Source: Candidatus Fervidifonticultor sextus (lineage in GTDB: Bacteria; Sysuimicrobiota; Sysuimicrobiia; Sysuimicrobiales; Humicultoraceae). Taken from it: a DNA stretch of 33,856 bases. The notes under the pieces were generated by a model. It was given only the letters and a program-made list of their open reading frames with translations. It searched no databases and was not told the origin of the DNA. Both the position numbers and the translations under genes were made by a program. Of the stretch, positions 24,548 to 33,856 are shown in pieces. Positions within the stretch are counted from its first letter, which is position 1. Every line of letters starts with the position of its first letter. The DNA lies in contig JAVKHQ010000028.1 of assembly GCA_031459875.1 (NCBI GenBank), positions 1 through 33,856 of the forward strand. The letters run 5' to 3'.

Positions 24548-25609
24548 TCAACCGCCCAGCCACCGGAGGAGCAGCCCCCGGGCATCCTTGATGGTCAGCA
24601 CGACCAGCAGGAAAAGCAACAGGGCAAAGCCGACCATGTGGACCAGGCCCTCGCGGCGCGGATCTATCGGTCGCCGCCGCACGGCCTCCACGAACAGGAA
24701 TGCCAGCCGACCGCCGTCCAGCGCCGGGATCGGCAGCAGGTTGAAGATCCCGATCATGATGCTGAAGGCGGCGGCCAGGTTGAAGAACGCGGCCATCCCC
24801 AGGGCCGCGGCCTGCACGAGCTGGTCGCCGACGGCCAGCGGTCCGCCGAGGTTGGCCAGGAACCGGCCCTCGCGGATCAGCATCTCGACGGCCGCGAAGA
24901 TCACCACCACGTATTGCCCCGTCCGCCGGACGCCCCACGCCAGCGCCGCGATCGGCGAGAGCCGGCGCATGATCGGCTCGGGGGTGAACCCGATCCGTCC
25001 GACGCCACGCTCGGGGTCGAGCCGCGGGGTCACGCTGACGGTGAGGTCCTGCCCGTCCCGCCGGATCAGGAGGGCCAGCGGTCGCCCGGTGCCGGCGTTG
25101 ATGGTCTCGATGAGCTGCTCGGTCCCCATCGGCACGCCGTCTGCGGCCACGATGATATCGCCGGGTCGCATCCCGACCGCCTCGGCCGGCCAGCCGCTCT
25201 GCAGCGCCCTGACCCGGGTGCTGGTCGCCACCCCGACGACCGCGGCCAGCGACGCCAGGATCACGACGGCCAGCACCAGGTTCATCGCCGGGCCCGCCGC
25301 GATGATGGCGGCCCGCGCCCCCGGGCGCTTCGCGCGGAAGCTGCCCTCGCCGGGGGGGCCGGCGGTATCCTCGCCCTCCATGCGGACATAGCCGCCAAAG
25401 GGGATCATGTTGACGGCGTACTGCGTCTCCCCGCGCCGCCAGGCGATCAGCCTGGGACCGAACCCGAGCGCAAAGGCATGGACGCGCACGCCGAAGCGGC
25501 GGGCCATCAGGAAGTGGCCAAATTCGTGGACGAAGATCATGGCCCCGAAGGCGAGCACGGCCAGCAGGATGTTGGGCGCGCCCGCCAGCGCCTCCGGCAC
25601 CGCCATCAC
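24548..25609 (-). CDS. rseP: RIP metalloprotease RseP (M50, single PDZ)
   Basis: HEFGH, PFGGYVRM, AGPAMN, NLLPIPALDGG; canonical position after dxr. Confidence 0.92.
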   Translation of the reverse strand: MMAVPEALAGAPNILLAVLAFGAMIFVHEFGHFLMARRFGVRVHAFALGFGPRLIAWRRGETQYAVNMIPFGGYVRMEGEDTAGPPGEGSFRAKRPGARAAIIAAGPAMNLVLAVVILASLAAVVGVATSTRVRALQSGWPAEAVGMRPGDIIVAADGVPMGTEQLIETINAGTGRPLALLIRRDGQDLTVSVTPRLDPERGVGRIGFTPEPIMRRLSPIAALAWGVRRTGQYVVVIFAAVEMLIREGRFLANLGGPLAVGDQLVQAAALGMAAFFNLAAAFSIMIGIFNLLPIPALDGGRLAFLFVEAVRRRPIDPRREGLVHMVGFALLLFLLVVLTIKDARGLLLRWLGG

Positions 25610-26751
25610 CTCACCGTACCGATGACCCGGTCGGCTTCCCGCCGCGCCCAGGCATCGGCGTCCAGGACCGATTCCAGCGAATCCGCCGGACGGGGCTCGC
25701 AGCGCTCCAGCACGGCGGCCACCGTCTCGACGATCTCGGGGAACCGGATCGTCCCCTGGAGGAACTTCACGACGGCCACCTCGTTGGCGGCATTCAAGAC
25801 CGCCGGGGCGACCCCGCCGAGTTCGAGGGCCCTGCGGGCCAGCGCCAGCGCCGGGAATCGCTCCGGGTCCGGCTGTTCAAACGTCAGGTGGAGCCGGCTC
25901 CATTCCAACGGGCGCACCGGACCCGGGCGGCGGCGCGGCGCGGTGAGGGCGTACTGGATGGGCCCGCGCATGTCCGGGACGCCGGCCTGCATGATCGTCG
26001 ATCCGTCGATGAACTCCACCATGGAGTGGACCAGGCTCTGGGGATGGATCACCACCTCGATCTGCGCCGCCGCCACGCCAAACAGCCAGTGGGCCTCGAT
26101 GATCTCCAGCCCTTTGTTCATCAGGGTGGCGGAGTCGATGGTGACCTTTGGGCCCATATTCCACGTGGGGTGCGCGAGCGCCTCCTCCACGGTCGCCGAC
26201 CGCAGGTCCTGGAGCGGGCGGCGCAGGAACGGTCCGCCCGAGGCCGTGAGGATCAGCCGACGCACGGCCGCGCGATCCTGGCCGGCCAGACACTGGAAGA
26301 TCGCGGAGTGCTCGCTGTCCACCGGCAGCAGGCGCGCGCCGCTGCGCTCACGGGCGGCAGTCACGAGGGCGCCTCCGGCCACCAGGGCCTCTTTGTTGGC
26401 CAGCGCCACGTCGTGCCCGGCCGCCAGCGCCGCCAGCGTCGGGGACAGGCCGGCCGCACCCACCAGCGCCACCAGGACCACGTCCGCCTCCGGCATCGAC
26501 GCCAGCGCCAGGAGGCCGTCGGCCCCGACCAGCAGCCGCACACCCGGCGGGAGGTCGCCCTGCACCCTCGCGGCCGCCGCGGGGTCTAGGATCGCCACCG
26601 CGCGCGGCCGCCAGCGCCGCGCCTGGGTGGCCAGCAATTCCACGTTGGCGCGCGCCGACAGGCCCATGACCTCCACGTCGCCGAGCCCCTCGGCCACCTC
26701 CAGCGCCGCGCGGCCGATGCTCCCGGTCGAGCCCAACACCACCAACCGCAT
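25606..26751 (-). CDS. dxr: 1-deoxy-D-xylulose 5-phosphate reductoisomerase
   Basis: LGSTGSIG, LANKE, PVDSEHSAIFQ, HPTWNMG-x-K-x-TIDSAT, NKGLE, NAANE. Confidence 0.96.
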   Translation of the reverse strand: MRLVVLGSTGSIGRAALEVAEGLGDVEVMGLSARANVELLATQARRWRPRAVAILDPAAAARVQGDLPPGVRLLVGADGLLALASMPEADVVLVALVGAAGLSPTLAALAAGHDVALANKEALVAGGALVTAARERSGARLLPVDSEHSAIFQCLAGQDRAAVRRLILTASGGPFLRRPLQDLRSATVEEALAHPTWNMGPKVTIDSATLMNKGLEIIEAHWLFGVAAAQIEVVIHPQSLVHSMVEFIDGSTIMQAGVPDMRGPIQYALTAPRRRPGPVRPLEWSRLHLTFEQPDPERFPALALARRALELGGVAPAVLNAANEVAVVKFLQGTIRFPEIVETVAAVLERCEPRPADSLESVLDADAWARREADRVIGTVR

Positions 26752-27566
26752 CACACGATCAGCCACCGCCACAGGTAGTACCCCGCCGGCACGCCGAAGA
26801 GGACCGCGTCGAACCGGTCCAGCACGCCGCCGTGCCCGGGCAGCGCGGCGCCGGAGTCCTTCACCCCCGCCGCACGCTTCATCGTGGACTTCGACAGATC
26901 GCCGACTGCGCCCGCGAGCGCCACGGCCAGACCGATCAGACCGAGGAGACCGACCGGCCATCCCTGCCATGCGCCCGCGGCCATCGCCACGACGACGGCG
27001 GCGGCGAGGCCGCCGACAAACCCTTCCACACTCTTGCCGGGACTGATGGCGGGTGCCAGCTTGCGGCGTCCCAGTGTCCCCCCCACCAGGTACGCGGCAA
27101 TGTCGTTGGCCCAGATGATCCCGAGCACGCTCAGGACCGCAGCGAGCCCGATCTCCGCCCGCATCAGGATGAGATGGGCGAAGAGCGCGCCCACATACAG
27201 CGCACCCAGGGTGTCCACAGCCACGCCGGAGGGGGCGCCCTCCCTCCGGGAGGCCGTCAGCCCGCAGGCGGCGGCGGCCAGGACCACGGCCACAACCACG
27301 GGCCCCGCGGCGTCCCACCGTCCCACACCCGCCAAGACGGGAAAGGCCAGCGCGCCGGCCAGCAGCACCGGCGAGGACCGATAGCCGACGGCGTCCACCA
27401 GCCGCCGGAACTCCTGGGCCGCGACCGCCGCCAGCACGCAGACCGCGGCCACCAGCCACCACCCGCCTGCCCACAGAAGTGCGATCAGCGCGGGCGCGCC
27501 CACGGCGATCGTGATCAGACGGGGGGCCAGGCCGTGCTCCCGCCACCGGCGTGGAGGCTCACTCAC
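26751..27566 (-). CDS. cdsA: Phosphatidate cytidylyltransferase
   Basis: ISPGKSVEG, GDL-x-x-S-x-x-KR-x-x-GVKDSG-x-x-LPGHGGVLDRFD; start estimated at GTG 27566. Confidence 0.93.
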   Translation of the reverse strand: MSEPPRRWREHGLAPRLITIAVGAPALIALLWAGGWWLVAAVCVLAAVAAQEFRRLVDAVGYRSSPVLLAGALAFPVLAGVGRWDAAGPVVVAVVLAAAACGLTASRREGAPSGVAVDTLGALYVGALFAHLILMRAEIGLAAVLSVLGIIWANDIAAYLVGGTLGRRKLAPAISPGKSVEGFVGGLAAAVVVAMAAGAWQGWPVGLLGLIGLAVALAGAVGDLSKSTMKRAAGVKDSGAALPGHGGVLDRFDAVLFGVPAGYYLWRWLIV

Positions 27567-28311
27567 CCGGGGCGCCCCCAAAGCGTCGCTGCCGCTGCTG
27601 GTAGTCGGCGATCGCCGCGATGAGATGGTCGCGCTGGAAGTCGGGCCAGTAGACGTCGGTGAAGTAGAGTTCGGCGTAGGCCGCCTGCCACAGCAGGAAA
27701 TTGGAGAGGCGCCGCTCGCCGCCGGTGCGGATGAGCAGATCAGGATCGGGCAGATCACCGGTGTCGAGGCTGCCGCGCAGGGTGGCCTCTTCGATGCTGT
27801 CCGGGGACCTCCGGCCTGCGGCCACGTCCTGGGCCAGCCGGCGCGCGGCCCGGACGATCTCGTCGCGGCCACCGTAGTTCAGGGCGATGTTGAGGACCAT
27901 GGCCTGGTTGGCGCCGGTCAATTCCACGACGCGGGTGATCTCGCGGCGGATCTCCGGCGGCATCGCGTCCACATCGCCGGAGATCCGCAGCCGGATGCCG
28001 GTGCGGTGGAGTTCCTCGGCCTCGCTGATCAGCGACTCCCGGAGGAGGTCCAGCAGCGCCTCGACTTCATCGGGCGGCCGCCGCCAGTTCTCGGTGGAGA
28101 AGGCGTAGAGGGTCAGGATCCGGACGCCGAGCTCGCGGCAGGCCTCGATGGTCCGCCGGATCGCCTCCCGGCCCGCCCGATGCCCGGCCGATCGAGGCAG
28201 CCCCCGGGTGGCTGCCCACCGGCCGTTTCCATCCATAATAATCGCCACGTGGGCGGGAATGCGGAGCCGGTCGAGGTCGGCCGGCGGGGTGAGCGGCTGA
28301 CGGCTAACCAC
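27559..28311 (-). CDS. uppS: Undecaprenyl-diphosphate synthase (cis-prenyltransferase)
   Basis: HVAIIMDGNGRW, YAFSTENWRRP, NYGGRDE, DLLIRTGGERRLSNFLLWQ. Confidence 0.96.
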   Translation of the reverse strand: MVSRQPLTPPADLDRLRIPAHVAIIMDGNGRWAATRGLPRSAGHRAGREAIRRTIEACRELGVRILTLYAFSTENWRRPPDEVEALLDLLRESLISEAEELHRTGIRLRISGDVDAMPPEIRREITRVVELTGANQAMVLNIALNYGGRDEIVRAARRLAQDVAAGRRSPDSIEEATLRGSLDTGDLPDPDLLIRTGGERRLSNFLLWQAAYAELYFTDVYWPDFQRDHLIAAIADYQQRQRRFGGAPGE

Positions 28312-28519
28312 CCGCCGTCCCCGCGGGCGGGCCGTAGCGCTCGTGCGTGACCACCAGCTGGACGGTCCGGTCAGCGCCCTCCCGCTGGCGGACCACCCGC
28401 AACGGACCGAAGAGCGTGACCCGGCGGGGCGTGCGGGTCTCGATCACCTCGACCCGGTAGCCCGCCGCCTCGAGGGCGGCGCGGGCGGAGGCCAGATCCC
28501 GTCCCAACACGTCGATCAC
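28304..28519 (-). CDS. Small PASTA-like protein
   Basis: 71 aa; DVLGRDLASARAALEAAGYRV resembles a PASTA helix; fills the frr-uppS gap; GGGGG upstream. Confidence 0.65.
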   Translation of the reverse strand: MIDVLGRDLASARAALEAAGYRVEVIETRTPRRVTLFGPLRVVRQREGADRTVQLVVTHERYGPPAGTAGG

Positions 28520-28529
28520 GGCCGGCCCC

Positions 28530-29096
28530 CTACACTTCCAGGATTTCCTGCTCCTTGACCTCGAGCAGGCGGTCGAGTTGGGCGATCATCTCGTCGGTGA
28601 GCTTCTGGAGGCGCTCCTGAGCGCGACGGCTCTCGTCTTCGGAGATCTCGCCGTCCTGCTCGAGTTGCTCGAGCATCTCCTTGGCCTCGCGCCGGATGTT
28701 GCGGATGGCGACCCGTCCTTCCTCGGCGTTCTTGCGGGCGACCTTGACCAGTTCTCGGCGCCGTTCCTCGGTGAGCGGCGGGATCGGGATGCGGATCACC
28801 GTGCCGTCGGACGAGGGGACCAGGCCCAGGTCGCTCTTGAGGATCGCCCGCTCGATGTCCCGGATCAGGTTCTTGTCGAACGGCCTCACCACCAACATCC
28901 GCTCCACCACCGAGGTCGACGCCAGCGCCACCACCGGGGTCGGGGTCTGGTAGTAGTCCACGCGGATGTGCTCCAGCAGCGAGGGACTGGGGCGGCCGGT
29001 GCGCAGGGCGCCGAACTCCCGACGCGTGGCCTCGATCGCCTTCTGCATCCGGTCCCTGGCGTCCTTGAGGATCTCGTCGACCATCGCCGACGTCAT
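28530..29096 (-). CDS. frr: Ribosome recycling factor
   Basis: LRTGR, VDYY, IPPLTEERRRELVK, RVAIRNIRR. Confidence 0.96.
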   Translation of the reverse strand: MTSAMVDEILKDARDRMQKAIEATRREFGALRTGRPSPSLLEHIRVDYYQTPTPVVALASTSVVERMLVVRPFDKNLIRDIERAILKSDLGLVPSSDGTVIRIPIPPLTEERRRELVKVARKNAEEGRVAIRNIRREAKEMLEQLEQDGEISEDESRRAQERLQKLTDEMIAQLDRLLEVKEQEILEV

Positions 29097-29845
29097 CGTC
29101 GGCTGCCTCCGACCAGCGTGCCGATGGGATCGCCGGCGACCGCCCGGACGATGTTCCCCGGACGGGAGACGTCGAAGACGATGATGTCCATGTTGTTGTC
29201 CTTGCAGAGGGCGGCCGCGGTGGCATCCATCACCCGCAGGTCGCGGTTGAGGATGTCCATGTAGTCCAGGCGCGAGTACATCACCGCGTCGGGGTGCTGG
29301 CGCGGATCCTTATCGTAGACCCCCGAGACGCCCTTCTTGGCCATCAGCAGCGCGTCGGCCCGAATCTCGATGGCCCGCAGCGCCGCCGCGGTGTCGGTGC
29401 TGAAGTACGGACTGCCGGTGCCGCCGACGAAGATGACCACGCGCCCCTTCTCCAGGTGGCGCAGCGCCCGGCGGCGGATGAAGGGTTCCGCGATCTGGTG
29501 CATCTCGATGGACGACTGAACGCGGACGACCAGCCCGACCCGTTCCATGACGTCCATGAGGGCCAGGCCGTTGATGACCGTGGCCAGCATGCCCATGGTG
29601 TGGCCGGTGACCTCCTCGATGCCCAGGCGCCGGCTCAGGTCCGAACCGCGCGCGATGTTCCCGCCGCCCACGACGATGGCCACCTGGACGCCGCGCCGCG
29701 TGACCTCCAGCACCTCGTTGGCCACGAGCTGGAAGACATTCGGGTCCAGCCCGGTGCCGCCTTCCCCGGCGAGCGCCTCGCCGCTCAACTTGAGCAGGAC
29801 CCTCCGGTAGGCGGGCCGGAGTGATGCGTCCGATCGGTCCTCCAT
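29093..29845 (-). CDS. pyrH: UMP kinase
   Basis: RVLLKLSGEAL, GGGNI-x-RG, MGMLATVIN, PYFSTDTAAALRA, VMDATA. Confidence 0.97.
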   Translation of the reverse strand: MEDRSDASLRPAYRRVLLKLSGEALAGEGGTGLDPNVFQLVANEVLEVTRRGVQVAIVVGGGNIARGSDLSRRLGIEEVTGHTMGMLATVINGLALMDVMERVGLVVRVQSSIEMHQIAEPFIRRRALRHLEKGRVVIFVGGTGSPYFSTDTAAALRAIEIRADALLMAKKGVSGVYDKDPRQHPDAVMYSRLDYMDILNRDLRVMDATAAALCKDNNMDIIVFDVSRPGNIVRAVAGDPIGTLVGGSRR

Positions 29846-29883
29846 CGTCCCTCTCCTGCCCGGCGGGCTCCGTCGCCTCCGGG

Positions 29884-30456
29884 CTACTCGCCGAGCCTGA
29901 ACCGGGCGAACCGCCGCACCTGAATGTGCTCCCCGGTGCGTGCGGCGGCGTCAGCGACCACGTCGGAGACGCGGCGGCCCGCATCCCGAATGTAGGGCTG
30001 GTCCAGCAGGACGACCTCCGCGAACCACAGGGCGAGGCGACGGTCCAGCTCGGCCTCGGGGGCGCCCGGCGCTTCCCGCAGGATGGCCGCCCGCCGGTCG
30101 TCCAGCACGTCGGGTGGGATCTCCTCGCGGCTGACATACCGGGGGGCCGAAGCCGCCACCTGCATCGCCAGTTCGCGGGCCAGGGTCTTGAACTCGTCGG
30201 TGCGCGCCACGAAGTCGGTCTCGCAGTTGACCTCCACGAGCGCCCCGAGCCGGCCTCCGGCGTGGATGTACGCCTCTACGACCCCTTCTGACGCCACGCG
30301 CCCGGCGCGTTTCGCCGCCGCGGCCAGCCCCCGGGCCCGCAACACCTCGGCGGCGGCGTCGAGGTCGCCCCCGACCTCCTCCAGCGCGCGCCGGCAGTCC
30401 ATCACGCCGGCCCCCGTCCGCTCGCGCAGGGCCTTGACCTTCTCCGCGCTGACCAC
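29884..30456 (-). CDS. tsf: Translation elongation factor Ts (short form)
   Basis: VKALRERTGAGVMDC, EVNCETDFVA, LAMQVAA, LLDQPY, VRRFARF. Confidence 0.95.
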   Translation of the reverse strand: MVSAEKVKALRERTGAGVMDCRRALEEVGGDLDAAAEVLRARGLAAAAKRAGRVASEGVVEAYIHAGGRLGALVEVNCETDFVARTDEFKTLARELAMQVAASAPRYVSREEIPPDVLDDRRAAILREAPGAPEAELDRRLALWFAEVVLLDQPYIRDAGRRVSDVVADAAARTGEHIQVRRFARFRLGE

Positions 30457-30461
30457 CAGGC

Positions 30462-31289
30462 CTACCCTCTCAACTCCTCGCCGTCGGTGGCCACGACCTC
30501 GAATTCGTGCTCGGCGACCTCGGCCACCTTCTCTTCTTCCTCGTCCTCCGCCATCGCGCCCACGGCCGCCGGGCTCGGCGCCTCCTCAACGACCTCGTGC
30601 TTGCGGCGCTCCTCCAGCCCCTCCAGACACGCGTTGGCCATGCGGTTGGTGATCAGGCGGACCGCCCGGATTGCGTCGTCGTTGCCCGGGATCGGATAGT
30701 CGACTTCGTCGGGATCGCAGTTGGTGTCCAGGATGGCCACGATGGGGATGCCCAGCTTGCGGGCCTCGGCCACGGCGATGTGCTCCTGACGCGTATCCAC
30801 CACGTAGACGGCTGCGGGGAGATGCTGCATGGTCTTGATGCCGCCCAGGTACTTCTCGAGTCTGGCGGCCTCCTCCAGCAGGCGCGCCTGTTCGCGCTTG
30901 GGCAGGACATCGAGCGTGCCCCGGGTACGCATGTCCTCGATCTCCCGCAGCCGCTCCACCCGCTTGCGAATGGTCTGGAAATTGGTCAGCATCCCGCCCA
31001 GCCAGCGCTGGTTCACATACGGCTGGCTGGCGCGGGTCGCCTCTTCGCGGACGGCGTCCTGGGCCTGCTTCTTCGTGCCCACGAACAGGACGTCGCCGCC
31101 GGCGGCCACCGTGTCCCGCACGAACCGATAGGCCTCCTCGATGAGGGGGACGCTCTTCTGGAGATCGATGATGTGGATGCCGTTGCGTTCGGTGAAGATG
31201 AACCGCGCCATCTTGGGATTCCACCGCCGGGTCTGGTGCCCGAAGTGGACCCCGGCCTCCAGCAACTGCTTCATGGTGACAACCGGCAC
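30462..31289 (-). CDS. rpsB: 30S ribosomal protein S2
   Basis: [55 protein letters not shown]. Confidence 0.98.
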   Translation of the reverse strand: MPVVTMKQLLEAGVHFGHQTRRWNPKMARFIFTERNGIHIIDLQKSVPLIEEAYRFVRDTVAAGGDVLFVGTKKQAQDAVREEATRASQPYVNQRWLGGMLTNFQTIRKRVERLREIEDMRTRGTLDVLPKREQARLLEEAARLEKYLGGIKTMQHLPAAVYVVDTRQEHIAVAEARKLGIPIVAILDTNCDPDEVDYPIPGNDDAIRAVRLITNRMANACLEGLEERRKHEVVEEAPSPAAVGAMAEDEEEEKVAEVAEHEFEVVATDGEELRG

Positions 31290-31333
31290 CCGACTGCCTC
31301 CCCTTGGGACCCCGTGCCCGCAGGATCCCGCAT

Positions 31334-31413
31334 GGTTTCTCCTCCGCCCCCTTCATCCCCGGAAGCCGGGCCGAGGTCTGGGGTGACACCCTCGCCGGGT
31401 CTGGGAACGTGCG
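31334..31413 (-). promoter_or_regulatory. Probable rpsB (S2-binding, t44-like) leader RNA
   Basis: Minus strand GCACGT...GGGTG...GGGATGA...GCGGAGG-AG-AAACC follows the layout of known rpsB leaders and lies in the rpsB 5' UTR. Confidence 0.55.
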
Positions 31414-31518
31414 TCCTGGACCGCCTCCCTTCGGCCCGCACAGAAATCCCGCAAAATCGCTTCCGACTTTGCGGGATGCCTGCACGCAATCGGCCGCACC
31501 GGGCGGCAATCCCGCGGT

Positions 31519-31527
31519 AGTATAGCA
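31519..31527 (-). promoter_or_regulatory. Extended -10 promoter of the rpsB-tsf operon
   Basis: TGCTATACT about 230 nt upstream of rpsB; rpsB promoters are typically extended -10. Confidence 0.65.
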
Positions 31528-31631
31528 CGCAGCGCCGCACGGTGAAAACCCCCGGACCCGCCCGGGCGCGCCGTCTCAAGGGGGCTCGGCGACACTCCCA
31601 CCCGCCTCGGTCCGGAAGCACCCCGCGTTGG

Positions 31632-32555
31632 CTACGCCCGCGGGTGAGCCTGCGCGTAGACGCGCTTGAGGTGGTCGCGGGAGACGTGGGTGTAGATCTG
31701 CGTCGTCGCCAGGCTGGCGTGCCCCAGCAGTTCCTGCACCGCGCGCAGGTCGGCGCCGCCGTCCAGCAGGTGCGTCGCAAAGGTGTGCCGCAGCACATGG
31801 GGGCTGGTCCGCTGCTGGATCCCCGCGGCACGAACCCAGCGGCGCACGATGAGCTGGACGGCGCGGGCTGACAGCGATCCTCCCCGCGCGTTGAGGAACA
31901 CAGCCTCGCCCTCGCCGCGCGCCAGGCGCGGCCGGCCCTCGGCCAGATACCGACGGAGGGCGCGGGAGGCCTGCGTGCCGATGAGCACCACCCGGTCCCT
32001 CCCGCCCTTGCCGCGGACGCGGATCTCGTCGCCCCCGACCTGCCGACACGTCAGCCCGACGAGTTCCCCGACCCGCAGGCCGCCGGCGTAGAGGAGTTCG
32101 AGGATCGCGCGGTCGCGCAACCCCTCGGGCCGATCCGGCGGCGGCGCGGCCAGCAGCGCGGCGATGGCGTCGTGGGTCAGTGCCGCGGGCAGGCGACGGC
32201 CGCGGCGCGGCCCGACCAGGAGCCGCAGGGGATTGGCGTCCACCCGGCCCTCCCGGCGGAGGTAGCGGTAGAAGGAGCGCAGCGCCGAGAGTTGACGCGC
32301 GATCGAACTGCGCGCGTAGCGCCGGTGGAGGACGGCCAGGTAGCGCCGCACGACCGGCGCGTCAGCCGCCTGCCAGCCTCCGATGCGCGCCTGCTGGAGG
32401 AACCGGTGGAAGGCCACCAGGTCCCGCCGGTACGCCGCCAGCGTGTGCGCCGAGACCTGCTGTTCGGCTTCGAGCGCCCGCAGGAACGCCTGGATGTCGC
32501 GGTCGGGCACCGCGGCCCGCGGTGCGCGGCGGCGGGGGTGATCTCCTGGCGGCAT
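31632..32555 (-). CDS. xerC: Tyrosine recombinase XerC
   Basis: SAHTLAAYRRDL, LYAGGLRVGEL, GKG, HVLRHTFATH, LGH, TTQIYTH; located after topA. Confidence 0.88.
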   Translation of the reverse strand: MPPGDHPRRRAPRAAVPDRDIQAFLRALEAEQQVSAHTLAAYRRDLVAFHRFLQQARIGGWQAADAPVVRRYLAVLHRRYARSSIARQLSALRSFYRYLRREGRVDANPLRLLVGPRRGRRLPAALTHDAIAALLAAPPPDRPEGLRDRAILELLYAGGLRVGELVGLTCRQVGGDEIRVRGKGGRDRVVLIGTQASRALRRYLAEGRPRLARGEGEAVFLNARGGSLSARAVQLIVRRWVRAAGIQQRTSPHVLRHTFATHLLDGGADLRAVQELLGHASLATTQIYTHVSRDHLKRVYAQAHPRA

Positions 32556-32561
32556 CGTGGT

Positions 32562-33856
32562 CTAGACGCGCGGCGCGCCGGCGACGGGAGCCGCAGGCGG
32601 CGGGGCTGGGGGAGCCGGCGGCGTTTCGGCGACCACTCCCGGTTCGGCGGCGGACTGGCGGTGCCCGCAGGCCCGATTGGTGCAGCGGAGGTCGCTGCCA
32701 CGGCGGGTCTGCCTGGTGACCATGAGGCCGCCGCAGGCGGGGCAGGGGGTCGCACTCGGCCGGTCCCACGAGGTAAACGTGCAGGTGGGGTAGGCGCTGC
32801 AACCGTAGAAGGTCCGGCCGCGCCGGGTGCGCCGGGCCACGATCTCCGCCCCGCAGCGGGGGCAGGCGACCCCGATGCCGACCGGCCGCGTGTACCTGCA
32901 CTCGGGATAGCCGGAGCAGGCGATGAACTCGCCGAACCGGCCGTGCTTGCGGACCAACGGCCGGCCGCACTGGGGGCAGGCCTCCCCGATCTCGACGTCG
33001 GGCACGTCCATGGCCGGAATCCGGCTCTCGGCGCGCTGCAGCGTCTTCTCGAACGGCTCGTAGAACGCACGCACCACCTGCAGCCAGTCGGCCCGACCTT
33101 CTTCCACCCGGTCGAGGTCGCTCTCCATGCTCGCCGTGAAGTCCACGTCCACGATCTCTGGGAAGTGCTCGACCAGCAGGTCGGTGACCATGCGGCCCAC
33201 CTCGGTGGGGACCAGACGCCGCTGGTGCGTGGTCACGTAGCCGCGCTTCTTGATGGTCTCAATGGTCGGCGCATACGTGCTGGGCCGCCCGATGCCGCGC
33301 TCTTCCAGGGCGCGGACCAGCGTGGCCTCGGTGTACCGGGGCGGCGGTTGGGTGAAGTGCTGCTCGGGCGTCACCTCGTCCAGAACCAGCGGGTCGCCGG
33401 TGGCCAGCGGCGGCAGCCAGCCCTCCCCTTCCTCCTGACCGTTGTCCGCCACTTCGCGGTAGAGGATGAGGTAGCCGGGGAACTTGATGCGGCTGCCGGC
33501 GGCGCGGAACAGGAACGGACCGCCGACGACGTCCACCGAGAGCGTGTCCAGCACCGCCGAGGCCATCTGGCTGGCCAGGAACCGCTCCCAGATCAGCCGG
33601 TAGAGGCGGTACTGGTCGGCGCGCAGGTAGGGCTTGATGCGATCGGGGGTGCGGGCCAGGCTGGTGGGCCGGATCGCCTCGTGGGCTTCCTGGGCGTCCC
33701 GGCGGGAGCGGTAGTGCCGCGGCCGCTCGGGCAGATAGGTCTCGCCGAAGGTGCGCGTGATGAACTCGCGGGCCTCGTGCTGGGCAGACGGCGCCACCCG
33801 CACGGAGTCGGTCCGCATGTAGGTGATCAGCCCGACCGGACCCGCCTCGCCGACCT
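32562..33856 (-). CDS. topA: DNA topoisomerase I, 5' end outside the window
   Basis: Catalytic GLITYMRTD, QEAHEAIRPT, GIGRPSTYA, three C4 zinc ribbons; frame is open to the window edge. Confidence 0.97.
   Translation of the reverse strand, partial: VGEAGPVGLITYMRTDSVRVAPSAQHEAREFITRTFGETYLPERPRHYRSRRDAQEAHEAIRPTSLARTPDRIKPYLRADQYRLYRLIWERFLASQMASAVLDTLSVDVVGGPFLFRAAGSRIKFPGYLILYREVADNGQEEGEGWLPPLATGDPLVLDEVTPEQHFTQPPPRYTEATLVRALEERGIGRPSTYAPTIETIKKRGYVTTHQRRLVPTEVGRMVTDLLVEHFPEIVDVDFTASMESDLDRVEEGRADWLQVVRAFYEPFEKTLQRAESRIPAMDVPDVEIGEACPQCGRPLVRKHGRFGEFIACSGYPECRYTRPVGIGVACPRCGAEIVARRTRRGRTFYGCSAYPTCTFTSWDRPSATPCPACGGLMVTRQTRRGSDLRCTNRACGHRQSAAEPGVVAETPPAPPAPPPAAPVAGAPRV

Noticed and set aside
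15647..27046. Very long + strand ORFs such as 15647..18091, 21850..23454, 23496..25391 and 24638..27046
   Set aside because: Antisense to well-supported genes, with no recognisable domains.
31632..32555. Tyrosine recombinase as a phage or island integrase
   Set aside because: XerC-like size and motifs in the topA context, with no att-like repeats, tRNA or cargo genes.
1..33856. CRISPR arrays, tRNA/rRNA genes, IS elements and long tandem repeats
   Set aside because: None seen by eye; intergenic gaps are short and show no repeat-spacer periodicity or transposase motifs.

Overview
Very GC-rich (roughly 70%+, estimated by eye) bacterial chromosomal window, probably from a diderm Terrabacteria lineage such as Armatimonadota or relatives (inferred from gene content, not tested). 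The + strand carries a minimal mlaE-mlaF-mlaD operon whose MlaD has a long helical stalk and a predicted C-terminal beta-barrel. Everything else is on the - strand. Reading right to left: the housekeeping block topA(partial)-xerC-rpsB-tsf-pyrH-frr-small PASTA-like gene-uppS-cdsA-dxr-rseP-ispG; then MgtC-ACT, a rhomboid protease, an archaeal-type SAM synthetase and a TolB-like lipoprotein; a small MNT-HEPN islet with a broken HEPN gene; an ~11 kb membrane-anchored MoxR/DUF58/BatA/VWA cluster of unknown function running into a LarA-like gene and a sirtuin; then mtnP, a small membrane protein and threonine aldolase. The most unusual item is absent from the ORF track: a 12-codon lysine-rich micro-ORF ([12 protein letters not shown], 3174..3212) with its own SigH-like promoter, ribosome-binding site and terminator. 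No rRNA, tRNA, CRISPR array or IS element was seen. All calls come from motif reading only; no searches were run.
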